Notes under the pieces: generated by a model
Told to the model about the DNA's origin: nothing
The model's input: the letters and a program-made list of their open reading frames with translations, nothing else
Database searches by the model: none
Position numbers and translations under genes: made by a program
In this document: positions 28,579 to 39,275 of the stretch, one piece after another
Position numbering within the stretch: position 1 is the stretch's first letter
How the letters are laid out: each line of letters begins with the position of its first letter
Origin: Bacteriovoracaceae bacterium
GTDB lineage: Bacteria; Bdellovibrionota; Bacteriovoracia; Bacteriovoracales; Bacteriovoracaceae
Reading direction: 5' to 3'
Assembly (NCBI GenBank): GCA_048270185.1
Contig: JBLWTJ010000003.1
Coordinates: 320,001-384,000, forward strand
DNA: 64,000 nucleotides

Positions 28579-29552
28579 AGCCAGTTACGCTCTTGATAAT
28601 CTTTTGCTGTCATCTCAATTGTTGATTCTAGATTGTGGTTTGGAATAAATCCTAATGCTTGGATTTTTCCACTATGACAAAGCCAAGAGTCTTGCTCTAA
28701 CTCGTTAACCTTATCTCCTGTAAGAGGTAAGTGAATCGGCATTGTGTAGAGGATTCCAGCAATGATTCTTAGAATGAAAATAGGAATTCCTAAAAAGATA
28801 ACTTTCTTAACTCCTAAGCTCTTTGAAATCTGATTAATTAATTGCTCAAAGGTAACTTCCTCAATTGAGTTAACAAAGTAAATTTCATTTCTGACATTAC
28901 TTTGGTTAGCACAAAGAATAATAGCATCAACTAAATCATATACATTAACAACACTGTAGCGCTTGTTCTTGGCCTTAATTCCAGGAGCTGTAACAATACG
29001 GCCCTTTACCATTTTAAATACGTCTAAGACGGCCGTATCACGAGGACCGATAACCATTGGAGGTCTGATGATTGAGGTGTCCCAAGACTCTGGTGCAAGC
29101 TCTTGAAGGGCCTGCTCTGCTGCAAGTTTCGAGAAGCCGTAGGCCGAGACAGGATTACTTTCAATCGTCTCATCACATGCTGTGGCCGAAGGTCCGGCAG
29201 CGGCTTGAGAAGAGATAAGAACAAAGTGTAATTTTGATTCATACTTAGTTTTTAAGTGATTGATTAGATCTTGAGTGGCAATTTGATTTGTTTTAGCAAA
29301 AGTCACTGAGTGCTTAGCTGATACAATACCGGCAGTGTGGATAACACAATTAAGATCACTTGGTAGATCCTTAATCCACCTTTTAATTGATGCATCACTG
29401 AGGTCTCCCTGAATATACTCACCTGGAAGGTTTAGTTTTTGTGCTTTGGCCTCACTGCGTACAAGGGAGTAAACCTCGTGTCCTTGCGAATGTAATTTGT
29501 CACAAAGGTGTGAGCCGACAAAACCTGTTGCACCAGTTACTAATACTTTCAT
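28575..29552 (-). CDS. NAD(P)-dependent epimerase/dehydratase, putative ceramide reductase (CerR-like)
   Basis: GATGFVG, SSQAA, YGFSK; third gene of the spt operon. Confidence 0.75.
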   Translation of the reverse strand: MKVLVTGATGFVGSHLCDKLHSQGHEVYSLVRSEAKAQKLNLPGEYIQGDLSDASIKRWIKDLPSDLNCVIHTAGIVSAKHSVTFAKTNQIATQDLINHLKTKYESKLHFVLISSQAAAGPSATACDETIESNPVSAYGFSKLAAEQALQELAPESWDTSIIRPPMVIGPRDTAVLDVFKMVKGRIVTAPGIKAKNKRYSVVNVYDLVDAIILCANQSNVRNEIYFVNSIEEVTFEQLINQISKSLGVKKVIFLGIPIFILRIIAGILYTMPIHLPLTGDKVNELEQDSWLCHSGKIQALGFIPNHNLESTIEMTAKDYQERNWL

Positions 29553-30679
29553 TAGATCTCTTTTTGAAAAATACGATACTTACGATAAGGAGTTGCATTC
29601 ATTCGAATAAGTGGTTTATTCATATTTAAATTATCTTCTAGAATCCAACTCATTTCTATATTCTTATATTTTGGATATTTTCTAATATTACTCTGGCAAC
29701 GGTAGTAGAGAATTGATTCAAGCCCAAAGAGGCGATACTTCTTCTTAACACCCATTGTGATGACACGAACTGTATTGATCTTTGACTGGTGAGCAAGGAC
29801 TTTAAAAATTCCCGTCGGGAATAGACGTCCATTTGGGATTTTATGAAGAACTTGATTGAAGTCTGGTAGAGCAACAATAAAGCCTGCTTCAACTCCATCC
29901 ACTAGAGCAAAGAGAATAAGCCTTTCATCAGCGACTGTTTTTAAATCTGCTGCCATGGCGTAGAATTCATCTTTAGTCATTGGGACAAAGCCCCAGTTTT
30001 CTTCCCATGCATCATTGTAGATATCATACATGAGCTTAATTTCTCTCTCCCAGTTCTTCTTTGAAACTGTACGATAAGAAATGGCCTGCTTTTTTTCTGC
30101 ACGGGCCGCAATCTTAGTGATAACTTCAGGAAGATCTTGCTTTGTTTCCATATGGTAAGCAAGAAGGTCCATGGCCTTTGCAAAGCCTAGTTCTTCAATA
30201 TATTGCTGATAGTATTCATAGTTATAGATCATCATAAGAACAGGTATTTCTCCATGTCCTTTGATAAGAGTTCCACATTCGTAATTTGTCGAAGGATTAA
30301 AAGGGCCCACAAATTTAGTCATTCCAAGTGACTTACACCACTCAGTTGCAGCATTAAAGAGAGTTTTAAAAACTTCTTTATCATCAATCGCTTCAAAGAA
30401 GCCCCAATGGCCTTCTTGAGTTTTATGGAATTTATTATAGTTTCGATTATTAATGGCCGTAATACGTCCAACATCTTTTCCATCTTTAATGGCAATGTAG
30501 AAAGCACAATCTGCTGTTTGATAGAAAGGGTGTTTATTATTAAAAAGTTTGTTTAATTCCATACGAAGCTGAGGAACCCAGCTTTGATCGTTTTTATAGA
30601 TATTAAATTGAATATCGATAAATCTCTTTCGGGCCTTCTTATCATTTAAAACATCAACTTTTTCGATATAAATGGCCAT
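29552..30679 (-). CDS. GNAT-fold protein, putative bacterial ceramide synthase (bCerS-like)
   Basis: VGRITAI, GFFEAIDD, GPFNPSTN, YNDAWEENWGFVP, ALPDFNQ, EMSWILEDN; follows spt. Confidence 0.8.
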   Translation of the reverse strand: MAIYIEKVDVLNDKKARKRFIDIQFNIYKNDQSWVPQLRMELNKLFNNKHPFYQTADCAFYIAIKDGKDVGRITAINNRNYNKFHKTQEGHWGFFEAIDDKEVFKTLFNAATEWCKSLGMTKFVGPFNPSTNYECGTLIKGHGEIPVLMMIYNYEYYQQYIEELGFAKAMDLLAYHMETKQDLPEVITKIAARAEKKQAISYRTVSKKNWEREIKLMYDIYNDAWEENWGFVPMTKDEFYAMAADLKTVADERLILFALVDGVEAGFIVALPDFNQVLHKIPNGRLFPTGIFKVLAHQSKINTVRVITMGVKKKYRLFGLESILYYRCQSNIRKYPKYKNIEMSWILEDNLNMNKPLIRMNATPYRKYRIFQKEI

Positions 30680-30702
30680 AAACTTTCCTTTCTTCTAGGC
30701 TC

Positions 30703-31911
30703 CTAGTGAACAATTGTCGAAGGGATATCAAATTCCTTCTTCGCCTTTGCAAATACTTCAAGGACTTTGCTTAATTCGCTCTTATTATGAGTTGCCATAT
30801 AGCTTGTACGAATAAGGGCCTCACCTTTTGGAACTGCTGGAGGTAGTACTGGAGTAGCAAAAACTCCGTTTTCACTTAGAAATTTTGTAATAAGAACAGA
30901 CTTCACATCATCTCCAATAAAGATTGGAATGATCGGTGTCTGAGAATTATATGTATAGAAACCAATTTCTTGGAATCCCTTTCTCATAAATTCAACATTG
31001 TCCCATAATTTAGCGTGTAGCGTGTCGTCTTCTTGAATAACATCAAGACATGCAGATACTGTTGCCACAGCTGATGGTGCCATTGAAGCAGAGAACATAA
31101 AAGATCTTGCTAAGTGCTTTACATAATCAATAGTCTCTTCATCACCAGATAAAACTCCACCGATTGAAGCAAAAGACTTTGAGAAAGTTCCCATATTTAA
31201 ATGAACTTTGTCCGTTAGACCAAAGTGATTCATTGTTCCTGCGCCTTTTTCTCCCATCACACCGATACCATGAGCGTCGTCAACGTAGATATAGGCTCCA
31301 TATTTTTCTGCTAATCTTGTCATCTCTGGAAGATTGGCAATATCTCCAGTCATTGAGAAAACACCATCTGCGACGATGATAACCTTTTGAAAGCGGCTAA
31401 TATTAGCTTCAAGTTGCTCTTCAAGAGATTCCATATCGTTGTGGCGATACTTAAATGTTGTACCCATTGCTAGGCGAGAAGCATCGATAATTGAAGCGTG
31501 GTTTTCTGAGTCAAAGAGCATACAATCTCTTGGGCCACAAATGGCCGAAAGAGCACCTAGGTTTGTCTGCATACCAGTTGAAAAGATGAGGGCCTTTTCA
31601 TGTCCAAGGTAGCGCGCAAGCTTTTCTTCAAGCTCTTCGTGAATTGTCAGGTTACCGTTTAGAAAGCGTGAACCAGTACAACCTGTACCGTATTTTTCAA
31701 TGGCCTTAATAGCCGCTTCTTTGACATGTGGGTGGTGAGTAAGTCCTAAGTAGTTATTAGAACCAATCATGATCTGATCTCGGCCATCAATTTTTACTAC
31801 TGTTCCTTCTGAATCTCCAATCTGGCGAAAGAAAGGGTATAGGTCTTTAGATTTAAGCATTTTTGCTTTATCCATTAAACGCTCGGCGGCAGCAGAAAAT
31901 TTTAGCGACAT
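30703..31911 (-). CDS. spt: Serine palmitoyltransferase (alpha-oxoamine synthase)
   Basis: SNNYLGLT, GTGCTGSRFLNG, NHASIID, DDAH, GTFSKSFAS (PLP lysine). Context with bCerS- and CerR-like genes favours SPT over BioF or Kbl. Confidence 0.8.
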   Translation of the reverse strand: MSLKFSAAAERLMDKAKMLKSKDLYPFFRQIGDSEGTVVKIDGRDQIMIGSNNYLGLTHHPHVKEAAIKAIEKYGTGCTGSRFLNGNLTIHEELEEKLARYLGHEKALIFSTGMQTNLGALSAICGPRDCMLFDSENHASIIDASRLAMGTTFKYRHNDMESLEEQLEANISRFQKVIIVADGVFSMTGDIANLPEMTRLAEKYGAYIYVDDAHGIGVMGEKGAGTMNHFGLTDKVHLNMGTFSKSFASIGGVLSGDEETIDYVKHLARSFMFSASMAPSAVATVSACLDVIQEDDTLHAKLWDNVEFMRKGFQEIGFYTYNSQTPIIPIFIGDDVKSVLITKFLSENGVFATPVLPPAVPKGEALIRTSYMATHNKSELSKVLEVFAKAKKEFDIPSTIVH

Positions 31912-31987
31912 AATTCACATCTCATTTGAATTGTATTAATAATAAAAGGACTAACGAGGAATTTAGCCACTTAGCATTGACAAGTCA

Positions 31988-32971
31988 ATGAAAGATATAC
32001 GCATTGTGACAGAAGATCGATCAAAATTTCTTAACTTTAAATCGACCAGTATTCTACTGGTTGTGCTACTTAGTTTACTTAGCTGCCAATCAAGTGAAGG
32101 CCCTATCGAAAAAGTCATGGAGTCTGAAGTTGTGGACTGGAAATCTCCATGTGATTTAAAGAATTTATGCGAAAAAGATGATCTTTTAAGCTCCCTCAAT
32201 GGCCCCCTTTCTTTTCGAAAAGATCTTAAAAATCTCATTGATAAAAAGCCGAAGAAATTCCAGCAAAAATACGGCGACGAGTTCTATTATATTTGTGGCC
32301 AATTAATAGCGGTTGGCGGCTGTGAAATTATTACAAATGACGCACTGAGAATAAGTGGGAAACAATTTGAATATTTTATGCATGGACTTGCTCACTGCCA
32401 TCACTTCAATTGTCATGAGTACTTTCAAAATAATAAGTCAAAGCTTGAGACAAAAATCCATGGTTCAAAGAAGTCTCAAAAGTACTTCTATCTTATGGCC
32501 ATTAAACTGCCGCTTCCTTGGTTTAAGAAATCGTCCTATCTAGACAAGTATCTTTTCATCATTGATGGAGAAATCATCAGATATGAGGATCTAGGGCCTC
32601 TTATTAGTTCAATTCCAAATCATCAAGGGATAAAGACTTTCATTGCTAAGAATTTTCACAAGATTGATCAAAATCTTGATGGTGTTGCTGTTTACTTGGC
32701 CCGTTATCAAACAGGTTGGCATGATAAGTATTATAAATTGTTCTTAGATACTAATAAGCAAGAGGCCATCAGTGCATTCATTCTTTCAATGCGAATTGGT
32801 TGCCCAAGTGAAAAGACAATTCTTGCATTTAAAGGCCATTTAACAAAAGAAAATCGCATAGTATTTGAAGAGACCCTCAAACAAGAAATTTTAGATCGAG
32901 AATTTAAAGAGTGGAAACTTAAGACGAAGAAAGACTCTAAGTGCCTTTCTTCATCGCAGCCTGTTTTCTAA
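31988..32971 (+). CDS. Hypothetical protein, probable lipoprotein
   Basis: 327-aa ORF with hydrophobic stretch and LLSC; start uncertain. Confidence 0.55.
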   Translation: MKDIRIVTEDRSKFLNFKSTSILLVVLLSLLSCQSSEGPIEKVMESEVVDWKSPCDLKNLCEKDDLLSSLNGPLSFRKDLKNLIDKKPKKFQQKYGDEFYYICGQLIAVGGCEIITNDALRISGKQFEYFMHGLAHCHHFNCHEYFQNNKSKLETKIHGSKKSQKYFYLMAIKLPLPWFKKSSYLDKYLFIIDGEIIRYEDLGPLISSIPNHQGIKTFIAKNFHKIDQNLDGVAVYLARYQTGWHDKYYKLFLDTNKQEAISAFILSMRIGCPSEKTILAFKGHLTKENRIVFEETLKQEILDREFKEWKLKTKKDSKCLSSSQPVF

Positions 32972-33680
32972 GCTCTTCACCTCGAGCTTCTGAATTGATT
33001 GAGAGAACGAGATCTTCCTCAATATCTTTGTCCATATTTTGAAAAGCGACACCAATTCCAATCGGTGTTTCCTCGTTATTATCGATAGGCCATGATGCCA
33101 CGATTTTAACTTGAGGAACTTGAAACCTCTTTGATGCAAGACGAACTGTTGCATCTGCAAAAATCGCTTCTTTCTTAAATTTTTCAACAAAGTCTGCAGG
33201 ACAGTTAAAGCTAGTTCCCCCGGCCGAAATATCATTGCAGTCAAAGACGTCTTCTTCTATTTTTATCTGGATAGGGATGAAGGCATTAGCATGAAGTCTA
33301 TAATTTGATCTTTGTTGACTCTTATAAACAGGTCGATCGACTTTCATCTTATAGAGATCTTCTGAAGCATTAAAAGCTAAGTATGAACTTGAAAAGAGTA
33401 TCACTGATTTAAAAGTAATCTTGATGAGTACTTCTTTTTCTTTGTGTTTTGAACCAGCAAGCTTCGCAATAATACTTGCGTCATGGTCAAGAGTTAATTC
33501 AAGATTCTCTTCATTTAGCGACTTAACTTTAAACCTTTCTACTTTATCTTTGTCTTGACCTTTACACCAGATTTCAACACTTAAGCCGTCTGTTACGGCC
33601 CTTTTTAAAAAGCTAAGTCTTTCGTCTTTAGGAATCTCAGAGAAGTAAAACTTCTTGTTCGCATCCATTTCTTTTCTCAC
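32937..33680 (-). CDS. PilZ-domain c-di-GMP receptor (YcgR-like architecture)
   Basis: RSNYR (RxxxR) and DISAGG (DxSxxG) after an N-terminal domain. Confidence 0.8.
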   Translation of the reverse strand: MRKEMDANKKFYFSEIPKDERLSFLKRAVTDGLSVEIWCKGQDKDKVERFKVKSLNEENLELTLDHDASIIAKLAGSKHKEKEVLIKITFKSVILFSSSYLAFNASEDLYKMKVDRPVYKSQQRSNYRLHANAFIPIQIKIEEDVFDCNDISAGGTSFNCPADFVEKFKKEAIFADATVRLASKRFQVPQVKIVASWPIDNNEETPIGIGVAFQNMDKDIEEDLVLSINSEARGEELRKQAAMKKGT

Positions 33681-33809
33681 TTTAAATTATTTAAATAATG
33701 CTTCAAGTTATTAATATTAAATATATTTTAATCAAAGTTTCCATTCAGTTCAAATTGTGGCAAATTCTACAGATAAAGGCCCAAAATGATAGAAAAAAAC
33801 GAGGTATAG

Positions 33810-36425
33810 ATGAAAAATGCAACTCCAGTGGTCAAGTATTTAGCCGATTACAAAGCACCAACACATAAGATTGAAACAGTTAGTCTCGAATTTCACTTAG
33901 ATGATACCCAAACTCAGGTTTTCTCTAAGATGGAAATTACTCCTGTATCAGGACAAGTTCTCGAGCTCAATGGTGAAGAATTAATTTTAAAGTCCGTAAA
34001 AGTAAACGGAGAAGATTTCAAAAATTATAAAGAGGCAGATGATATTCTAACTCTTGAAAACTTACCAACAGATAAATTCACTTTAGAAATTCATAATGAA
34101 ATTAATCCAAAGGGAAATACTGCTCTTGATGGTTTGTATAAATCAGGTGGAATGTTTTGTTCTCAAAATGAACCAGAAGGATTTAGAAGAATTACATACT
34201 TCATTGATCGTCCAGATAACTTAAGTATTTTTACGACGAAAATTATCGCTGATAAGAAAGATTATCCTTTTCTTCTTTCAAACGGAAATTTAATTGAACA
34301 AGGTGATTTAGAAGACGGTAAACATTTCGCAATATGGAATGATCCATTTGCAAAACCGGCTTATCTCTATGCTCTTGTGGCAGGGGATCTCGCCGTTATT
34401 GAAGATACTTTCACGACAAAATCTGGTCGCGATGTAAAGCTTCAAGTCTTTGTTGATAAAGGAAATGAAGATAAGTCTCACCACGCCATGGAGTCACTTA
34501 AGAAGTCAATGAAGTGGGATGAAGATAGATTTAGACTTGAATACGATCTCGATATTTATATGATCGTTGCCGTTGACTCATTCAATATGGGAGCAATGGA
34601 GAATAAAGGTCTAAATATCTTTAACTCAGCTTATGTACTTGCTTCAAAAGAGACAGCAGAAGACCGTAACTTTTTTGGAATTGAGGCCGTTGTCGGTCAC
34701 GAGTACTTCCACAACTGGACAGGTAATCGTGTTACTTGTCGTGATTGGTTCCAACTTACTCTTAAAGAAGGTCTGACAGTTTTTAGAGATCAAGAATTCT
34801 CAGCTGATTTAAATTCAAGATCAGTTTGTCGTATTAACGATGTAATCAATCTAAAGGCAGCTCAATTCCCTGAAGATGCAGGGCCTCAGTCTCACCCAAT
34901 TCAACCAAAGTCATATATTGAAATGAACAACTTCTACACAATGACGGTATATGAAAAAGGTGCGGAAGTTATTCGTATGTATCACACTCTATTAGGAGAG
35001 GAAGGTTTCCAAAGAGGGATGGATAAATACTTTGAACTCTACGACGGACAAGCTGTTACAACGGCAGACTTTACGCATGCCATGAGTGTGGCCAATGATA
35101 ATTATGACTTCTCTCAATTTAGAAGATGGTATGATCAATCAGGAACACCAGTTCTCGATGTAACAACTTCTTATGATGAGAGTGCAAAAGAATTTACACT
35201 TGAGATCAATCAGTCGACTCCAGCGACACCTGGGCAGCCGACAAAAGAACCATTTCACATGCCATTTCTATTAGGGCTTCTTGATAGTAAAGGTGCTGAT
35301 ATGAAGCTTTCACTTAAGAATCGCCAAGATCAAAAAGATCTTGCCCGTGGCTTAGTTCATATTAAAGCTGATTCAGAAGTATTTGTTTTTGAAAATATTC
35401 AAGAAAGGCCAGTTGCTTCTCTTAATCGAAACTTCAGCGCACCAGTTGTTCTTAGATCTGATCTGACTGATGAGGATTTCGTCTTCTTAATGGCAAATGA
35501 TAATGATGATTTTAATCGTTATGAAGCAGGGCAAGCTCTTGCTCTTAAAAATATCCATGCACTATTAAATGATAAGAATTATCAGATTGATGAAGTTTTC
35601 GTTAAAGCATGGGGAGCAATCTTAAATGATAAGAATATCGATGAGGAATTCAAGGCCGTCTGCCTAGGGCTTCCATCAAAGACTGATATTGCAGCGACTA
35701 TTGGAATTCCAGATTATAGTGCAATTCATGAAGCACAGGAGAAACTATTCAAACTTCTTGCAAGTACATATGAGCAAGAACTTAGTGCAATTTATAATGA
35801 ACTAAGCACTGAGCGTGAATTTAAAGTTGATGCAAAAGCAATGGGGGAGAGAAGACTTAGAGGATTTGCTCTATCATGTCTTTCAACTCTTGATTCTCAT
35901 AAAGATCTTGCTCGTGAAGCTTTTAAAGGTGCAACGAATATGACTGATATGATGAATTCTCTTTCATCAATGGTTCATGAAGCTCTACCTGGTGCAGATG
36001 AATCACTAAAAGAATTTTACGCACGCTTTAAAGATCAAACTCTTGTTATGCAAAAGTGGCTAAGTGTTCAGGCATCAAATTGTGCCGACTCAACTTTTGA
36101 TCTCGTTCAAGAATTAATGAAAGATGAAGTCTTTGATATGAATGTACCAAATTTAGTTTCAGCTCTTATTGGTACCTTTGCACGCAATAAAGTTCAGTTT
36201 AACCACAAGAGTGGACGTGGACTTAAGTTCATTGCAAAAATGATGAAAGAAGTTGATGCTATCAACCCTCAATCCGCTTCAAGACTTGCTGGTGCATTTA
36301 ACGATTATCGTAAAATGCCTGCTGATCTGAAGGCCATTGCAAAAGCAGAACTAGAGGCGATTGTTGCTGATGAGAAGACATCGAAGAATGTTTACGAGAA
36401 ACTAACAAAAACACTTAATTCTTAA
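33810..36425 (+). CDS. pepN: Aminopeptidase N
   Basis: GAMENKGLN, HEYFHNWTGNRVTCRDWFQL, NNFYTMTVYEKGAEV. Confidence 0.96.
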   Translation: MKNATPVVKYLADYKAPTHKIETVSLEFHLDDTQTQVFSKMEITPVSGQVLELNGEELILKSVKVNGEDFKNYKEADDILTLENLPTDKFTLEIHNEINPKGNTALDGLYKSGGMFCSQNEPEGFRRITYFIDRPDNLSIFTTKIIADKKDYPFLLSNGNLIEQGDLEDGKHFAIWNDPFAKPAYLYALVAGDLAVIEDTFTTKSGRDVKLQVFVDKGNEDKSHHAMESLKKSMKWDEDRFRLEYDLDIYMIVAVDSFNMGAMENKGLNIFNSAYVLASKETAEDRNFFGIEAVVGHEYFHNWTGNRVTCRDWFQLTLKEGLTVFRDQEFSADLNSRSVCRINDVINLKAAQFPEDAGPQSHPIQPKSYIEMNNFYTMTVYEKGAEVIRMYHTLLGEEGFQRGMDKYFELYDGQAVTTADFTHAMSVANDNYDFSQFRRWYDQSGTPVLDVTTSYDESAKEFTLEINQSTPATPGQPTKEPFHMPFLLGLLDSKGADMKLSLKNRQDQKDLARGLVHIKADSEVFVFENIQERPVASLNRNFSAPVVLRSDLTDEDFVFLMANDNDDFNRYEAGQALALKNIHALLNDKNYQIDEVFVKAWGAILNDKNIDEEFKAVCLGLPSKTDIAATIGIPDYSAIHEAQEKLFKLLASTYEQELSAIYNELSTEREFKVDAKAMGERRLRGFALSCLSTLDSHKDLAREAFKGATNMTDMMNSLSSMVHEALPGADESLKEFYARFKDQTLVMQKWLSVQASNCADSTFDLVQELMKDEVFDMNVPNLVSALIGTFARNKVQFNHKSGRGLKFIAKMMKEVDAINPQSASRLAGAFNDYRKMPADLKAIAKAELEAIVADEKTSKNVYEKLTKTLNS

Positions 36426-36439
36426 TAAAGGATACTGAC

Positions 36440-37225
36440 GTGAGTGATGATATTTTTACAAGTAAATTAGAGCTTAATTATACAGAGGTAGCTCCAGAAA
36501 TTAATCTTGAAGAATTTGAAAAAGTAATTCATTCACGTCGTAGTGTTCGCGTCTTTGGTGAAGAAGATGTTCCAGATCACATCATTCAAAAAGCACTTGA
36601 ACATGGCCTGCTTGCTCCAAACTCATCAAACCTTCAACCATGGGAATTTCACTGGGTGAAGTCTGATGATATTAGAAGTAAGCTTGCTAAGCTTTGTTTT
36701 GGGCAAAATGGAGCCAAGACAGCAAAGCACTTGATTGTTTGTGTTGCTAAGACTGGAACTTGGCGTACGAATTCTAAACGTATGATCGCTTCTCTTGAAG
36801 AGGCTTCTAAGAAAGATGGTATTGAAGTTCCAGCTGCTGTTAAATCTTACTACACCAAGATCACACCAATGGCCTATGGGATGATGGGACCATTAGGTAT
36901 TTTGTCTCCTTTTAAGTGGGCCTTCTTTAATATTCTAGGTCTCTTTCAAGTGATTTTTCGTGAGCCAATGTTTCCAAGTCAGTTAAAGACTTGGGCCCAT
37001 AAGACCACTGCTCTTGCTTGTGAAAATATTATGCTTTCAGTTCGCGCTCAGGGCTATGACTCTCTTCCAATGGAAGGCTTTGATGCCCGCCGAGTAAAGA
37101 AGCTTCTTGGCCTTGGTTGCAAGGATCATGTGACAATGATTCTTGGTGTTGGAAAGAGAGCTGAAAATGGTGTCTACGGACCGCAGTTTCGATTCCCAAA
37201 AGAAGACTTTATCATTAAGCATTAA
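36440..37225 (+). CDS. Nitroreductase family protein
   Basis: RRSVR, LAPNSSNLQPW, PMEGFD; GTG start. Confidence 0.85.
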   Translation: MSDDIFTSKLELNYTEVAPEINLEEFEKVIHSRRSVRVFGEEDVPDHIIQKALEHGLLAPNSSNLQPWEFHWVKSDDIRSKLAKLCFGQNGAKTAKHLIVCVAKTGTWRTNSKRMIASLEEASKKDGIEVPAAVKSYYTKITPMAYGMMGPLGILSPFKWAFFNILGLFQVIFREPMFPSQLKTWAHKTTALACENIMLSVRAQGYDSLPMEGFDARRVKKLLGLGCKDHVTMILGVGKRAENGVYGPQFRFPKEDFIIKH

Positions 37226-37251
37226 AGACTCTTTAATACTTGCTTAATAAA

Positions 37252-37815
37252 TTATCTTGTTAAGGTCAGAGTGACCTCTGTTGTCTTGCAGCGTGCTGCG
37301 CAGCCACCACCTTCTAGTCGAAGTATAATCACATCGTCTCTAAATAGTTCATACTCTATTTCAGGATTTAGTTTTATCCCGTCAATAGCACTACAGGAAG
37401 TGTGTACATCTTGTGCTGAATGCTTAAGAACAAACTCAGTTGAAGTTATATTGATTTTCTTTGCTGCTCCTTTGTAGCAAAGTCTAATTTCATCGAGATC
37501 AAGTACTAGCCAACCTTGAGCAGCATTGCCATTATTAATTATCACACTAGTAGGAACGAAGAATGTCTCTTGTTCTTCTACCTTATAGGAGTCACTAGCG
37601 ATAAAGTCGGGATTGTACAATCTTGTCGAAGTTAGAGAAATCTCTTTTTGTGAATTACTTGAAGTGGAATTATCACTTCCAACTTCAGTTGTACTGTCCA
37701 TATCGGGTTCAACTTGTGTTGAGTCTGGTGAGCGAAGAAACTCAAGACTTGTGGAATCATTCTGACATGACAATAAGCCAATGAAGAATAGGGTACAGAT
37801 GATGATAATCTTCAT
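37252..37815 (-). CDS. Hypothetical lipoprotein
   Basis: Lipobox LLSC, Ser/Thr-rich linker, beta-rich domain with 4 Cys. Confidence 0.6.
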   Translation of the reverse strand: MKIIIICTLFFIGLLSCQNDSTSLEFLRSPDSTQVEPDMDSTTEVGSDNSTSSNSQKEISLTSTRLYNPDFIASDSYKVEEQETFFVPTSVIINNGNAAQGWLVLDLDEIRLCYKGAAKKINITSTEFVLKHSAQDVHTSCSAIDGIKLNPEIEYELFRDDVIILRLEGGGCAARCKTTEVTLTLTR

Positions 37816-37948
37816 TCTTTAATCTTAATGGAATATTGTGGATGAAGTTAGTCAATTAATTCTTAAAGGCTATTTAACAAGTGTAAGGATAAGTTGTTTG
37901 CTCATAATATTATCCATACTTAAAATATTACTAATTTAATAAAGGAAG

Positions 37949-38470
37949 ATGAATATGATCAAATTACTACTTAGTTTTCTACTGATGACAAATATCTACG
38001 CCATCACTCCTGATGAGCTATTTGGATGTTTTAAAACCCTTGAGCACAATGGAAGGACTGTAACAGTCGGTCCTGATTATGAGCGCAATTTAAGTCTGTA
38101 TGAAGACTTTAGCCGCTCTGAAACTTATCGCAATCTTGAAACGAATGAGTATGAACCGATAAATGTTTTTACTTTCTATACTGGCTATGACGAAGATGGT
38201 TACTACTCGTATTCTCCTCTTATTATTTTTCAAAATATGGGAGAGTTTACTTACGGTGAAGATAGCCTAAGCTATGTGATGGATGAAGATATTTACATGC
38301 TAAATTCTCGTTCTTACCAATATAAGAAAGTTGATCACAAAGTAAGCTTAGAAGTGAAAAGAGTTGGTGAAGTTTATACAGGACGTGCTGAATTCATTTC
38401 AGAGATTAGACGCTTCAATCGCTCTTTTACTTTCAAGCTTAAAAGAGAAGAGTGTCCTACATTACGCTAA
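37949..38470 (+). CDS. Hypothetical secreted protein
   Basis: Signal peptide, AAGGA RBS, one Cys near each end. Confidence 0.6.
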   Translation: MNMIKLLLSFLLMTNIYAITPDELFGCFKTLEHNGRTVTVGPDYERNLSLYEDFSRSETYRNLETNEYEPINVFTFYTGYDEDGYYSYSPLIIFQNMGEFTYGEDSLSYVMDEDIYMLNSRSYQYKKVDHKVSLEVKRVGEVYTGRAEFISEIRRFNRSFTFKLKREECPTLR

Positions 38471-39227
38471 TATCATAAACTGATTTAATAAGAAGGCCCA
38501 CTAGAACGGCATTAAAAGCTGTCGTGACAGTGGCCTTATTTCCCTTGATGACTTGGTTTGAACCAAGATAATTCCCCAAAAGACCGGCCGGCAGTGCAAT
38601 GGCCACAACCTTCCAAAGAATTGCACCCTTAATTAAGAATGTGATGAATGCCGCAAGATTACTCGTATAATTCATAAACGCTGCATGAGGTGATGCTTCG
38701 AGAATATCAAAGTGTAAGAAGAACATCATTGAGATAATTAAAAATGTTCCTGTCCCTGGGCCAAAGAAGCCATCATAACCACCAATGACAAGTCCAATAA
38801 GAACTGAACGAAAGAGAACTTGCATATTCTCAAGCTTTGTTAAATCCAGCCCTTCTTTCTTCTTCTTTAAATGATTCATTAAAAAGATAATTGGAATGAC
38901 GAAGATTAAGATATAGACCATATGTTTTGAATCAAGAACTGAGCTTAATTGGGCACCTATCAGTGATGCACTAAAGGCCGCAATCGTTGGTGCAACGATA
39001 AATTTAAAATCAATTTTACCTCTTTTTACATAACGAAAAATAGAAAGAGATTTTGAGATACAAGATACACATTTATTTGTACCTAGCAGTAGGTGAGCTG
39101 GAACACCGGTTGCAATATATGTTGGAATCGTGATGAGTCCGCCACCGCCGGCCATGGAGTCGATAAATCCTGCAAAAGTAATTAAACAAAAAATAGTGGC
39201 CGCTTGAAGTAGAGTGAAATCTTCCAT
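38457..39227 (-). CDS. TSUP (TauE/SafE, YfcA-like) membrane transporter
   Basis: AGFIDSMAGGGGLI, LGTNK, GGYDGFFGPGTGTF. Confidence 0.88.
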   Translation of the reverse strand: MEDFTLLQAATIFCLITFAGFIDSMAGGGGLITIPTYIATGVPAHLLLGTNKCVSCISKSLSIFRYVKRGKIDFKFIVAPTIAAFSASLIGAQLSSVLDSKHMVYILIFVIPIIFLMNHLKKKKEGLDLTKLENMQVLFRSVLIGLVIGGYDGFFGPGTGTFLIISMMFFLHFDILEASPHAAFMNYTSNLAAFITFLIKGAILWKVVAIALPAGLLGNYLGSNQVIKGNKATVTTAFNAVLVGLLIKSVYDISVM

Positions 39228-39275
39228 AGCTGAATTATCTCTCTTTTCTTATAAGAAAGATAGCCAGCAAGTAAT

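Noticed and set aside
30703..31911. Annotation as bioF or kbl
   Set aside because: No bio or tdh genes nearby, while bCerS- and CerR-like genes follow directly; SPT fits better.
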